DNA of 64,000 nt from Chiloscyllium plagiosum (lineage: Eukaryota), in NCBI RefSeq assembly GCF_004010195.1, contig NC_057755.1, positions 10,785,497-10,849,496 of the forward strand. Reading direction: 5' to 3'. The position numbers were made by a program, and so were the translations under genes. Shown here one piece after another: positions 63,170-64,000 of this stretch. Position 1 is the first letter of the stretch. Every line of letters starts with the position of its first letter. Under the pieces are notes generated by a model that saw only the letters and a program-made list of their open reading frames with translations, was not told where the DNA came from and ran no database searches.

Positions 63170-63985
63170 CTCATGGAATACTGGGAGAACTAGCCATTTG
63201 GATACAGAACTGGCTCAAAGGTAGAAGACAGAGGGTGGTGGTGGAGGGTTGTTTTTCAGACTGGAGGCCTGTGACCAGTAGAGTGCCACAAGGATCGGTG
63301 CTGGGCCCTCTATCATAATTCCATGAAAGTAGAGTCGCATGGTAATAGGATAGTGAAGAAGGCATTTGGTATGTTTTCCTTTCTCAGTCAGGGTATTGAG
63401 TACAAGAGTTGGGAGGGCATTGGCTAGGCCACTGTTGGAATATTGCATGCAATTCTGGTCTCCTTCCTATTGGAAAAATGCTGTGAAACTTGAAAGGTTT
63501 CAGAAAAGATTTACAAGGATGTTGCCAGGGTTGGTGGATATGAGCTACAGGGAGAGGCTGAACAGGCTGGGGCTGTTTTCACTGGAGTATCGAAGGCTGA
63601 GGGGTGACCTTATAGAGGTTTACAAAATTATGAGGGGCATAGATAGGATTAATAGGCAACGTCTTTTCCCTGGGGTGTCGGGAAGTCCAGAACTAGAGGG
63701 CATAGATTTAGGGTGAGAGGAGAAAGATATAAAAGAGACCTAAGGGGCAAATCTTTCACATAGAGGGTGGTACGTCTATGGAATGAGCTGCCAGAGAAAG
63801 TGGTTGACGCTGCTACAATTGCAACATTTAACAGGCATTTGGATGGGTATATGAATAGGAAGGGTTTGGAGAAATATGGGCTGGGTGCTGGCAGGTGTGA
63901 CTAGATTGGGTTGGGATATCCGATCGGCATGGACGGGTTGTACTGAAGGGTCTGTTTCCATGCTGTACATCTCTACGACTCTAAT
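63170..63985 (+). mobile_element. HER1/CR1 LINE, 5'-truncated with internal deletion
   Basis: ORF 63366-63716 RPLLEYCMQFWSP...RRLRGDLIEVYKIM; same truncation point as 34064. Confidence 0.92.
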
Positions 63986-64000
63986 TTAGAGTCACTTCAA

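Overview
Repeat-rich vertebrate genomic DNA, almost certainly from an elasmobranch (shark), judged from HE1-type tRNA-derived SINEs, HER1/CR1 LINEs and shark-type gene families. Host genes: (1) an apparently intact 9-exon CARD-NACHT-LRR NLR immune receptor on + (1007-18718), reconstructed by hand with GT/AG sites and matching phases; (2) an apparently intact 2-exon GPR139-like class A GPCR on - (58901-62885); (3) three decayed paralogues of that GPCR (24518-27369 -, 45684-46588 +, ~57390-57849 -). The rest is mostly transposon remnants: CR1 LINEs, SINEs, a chimeric Gmr1-like Gypsy element with integrase upstream of RT, other Gypsy remnants, a Penelope remnant, Tigger-like MITEs and satellites, plus a 917-bp assembly gap. 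Most notable: palindromic Penelope-derived elements carrying minimal hammerhead-ribozyme motifs (one complete-looking motif in an NLR intron), a copy of the GPCR upstream region plus CR1 tail inserted inside an LTR, and two Gypsy copies sharing the same RT-to-integrase deletion junction. All calls were made by eye without database searches; repeat boundaries are approximate.
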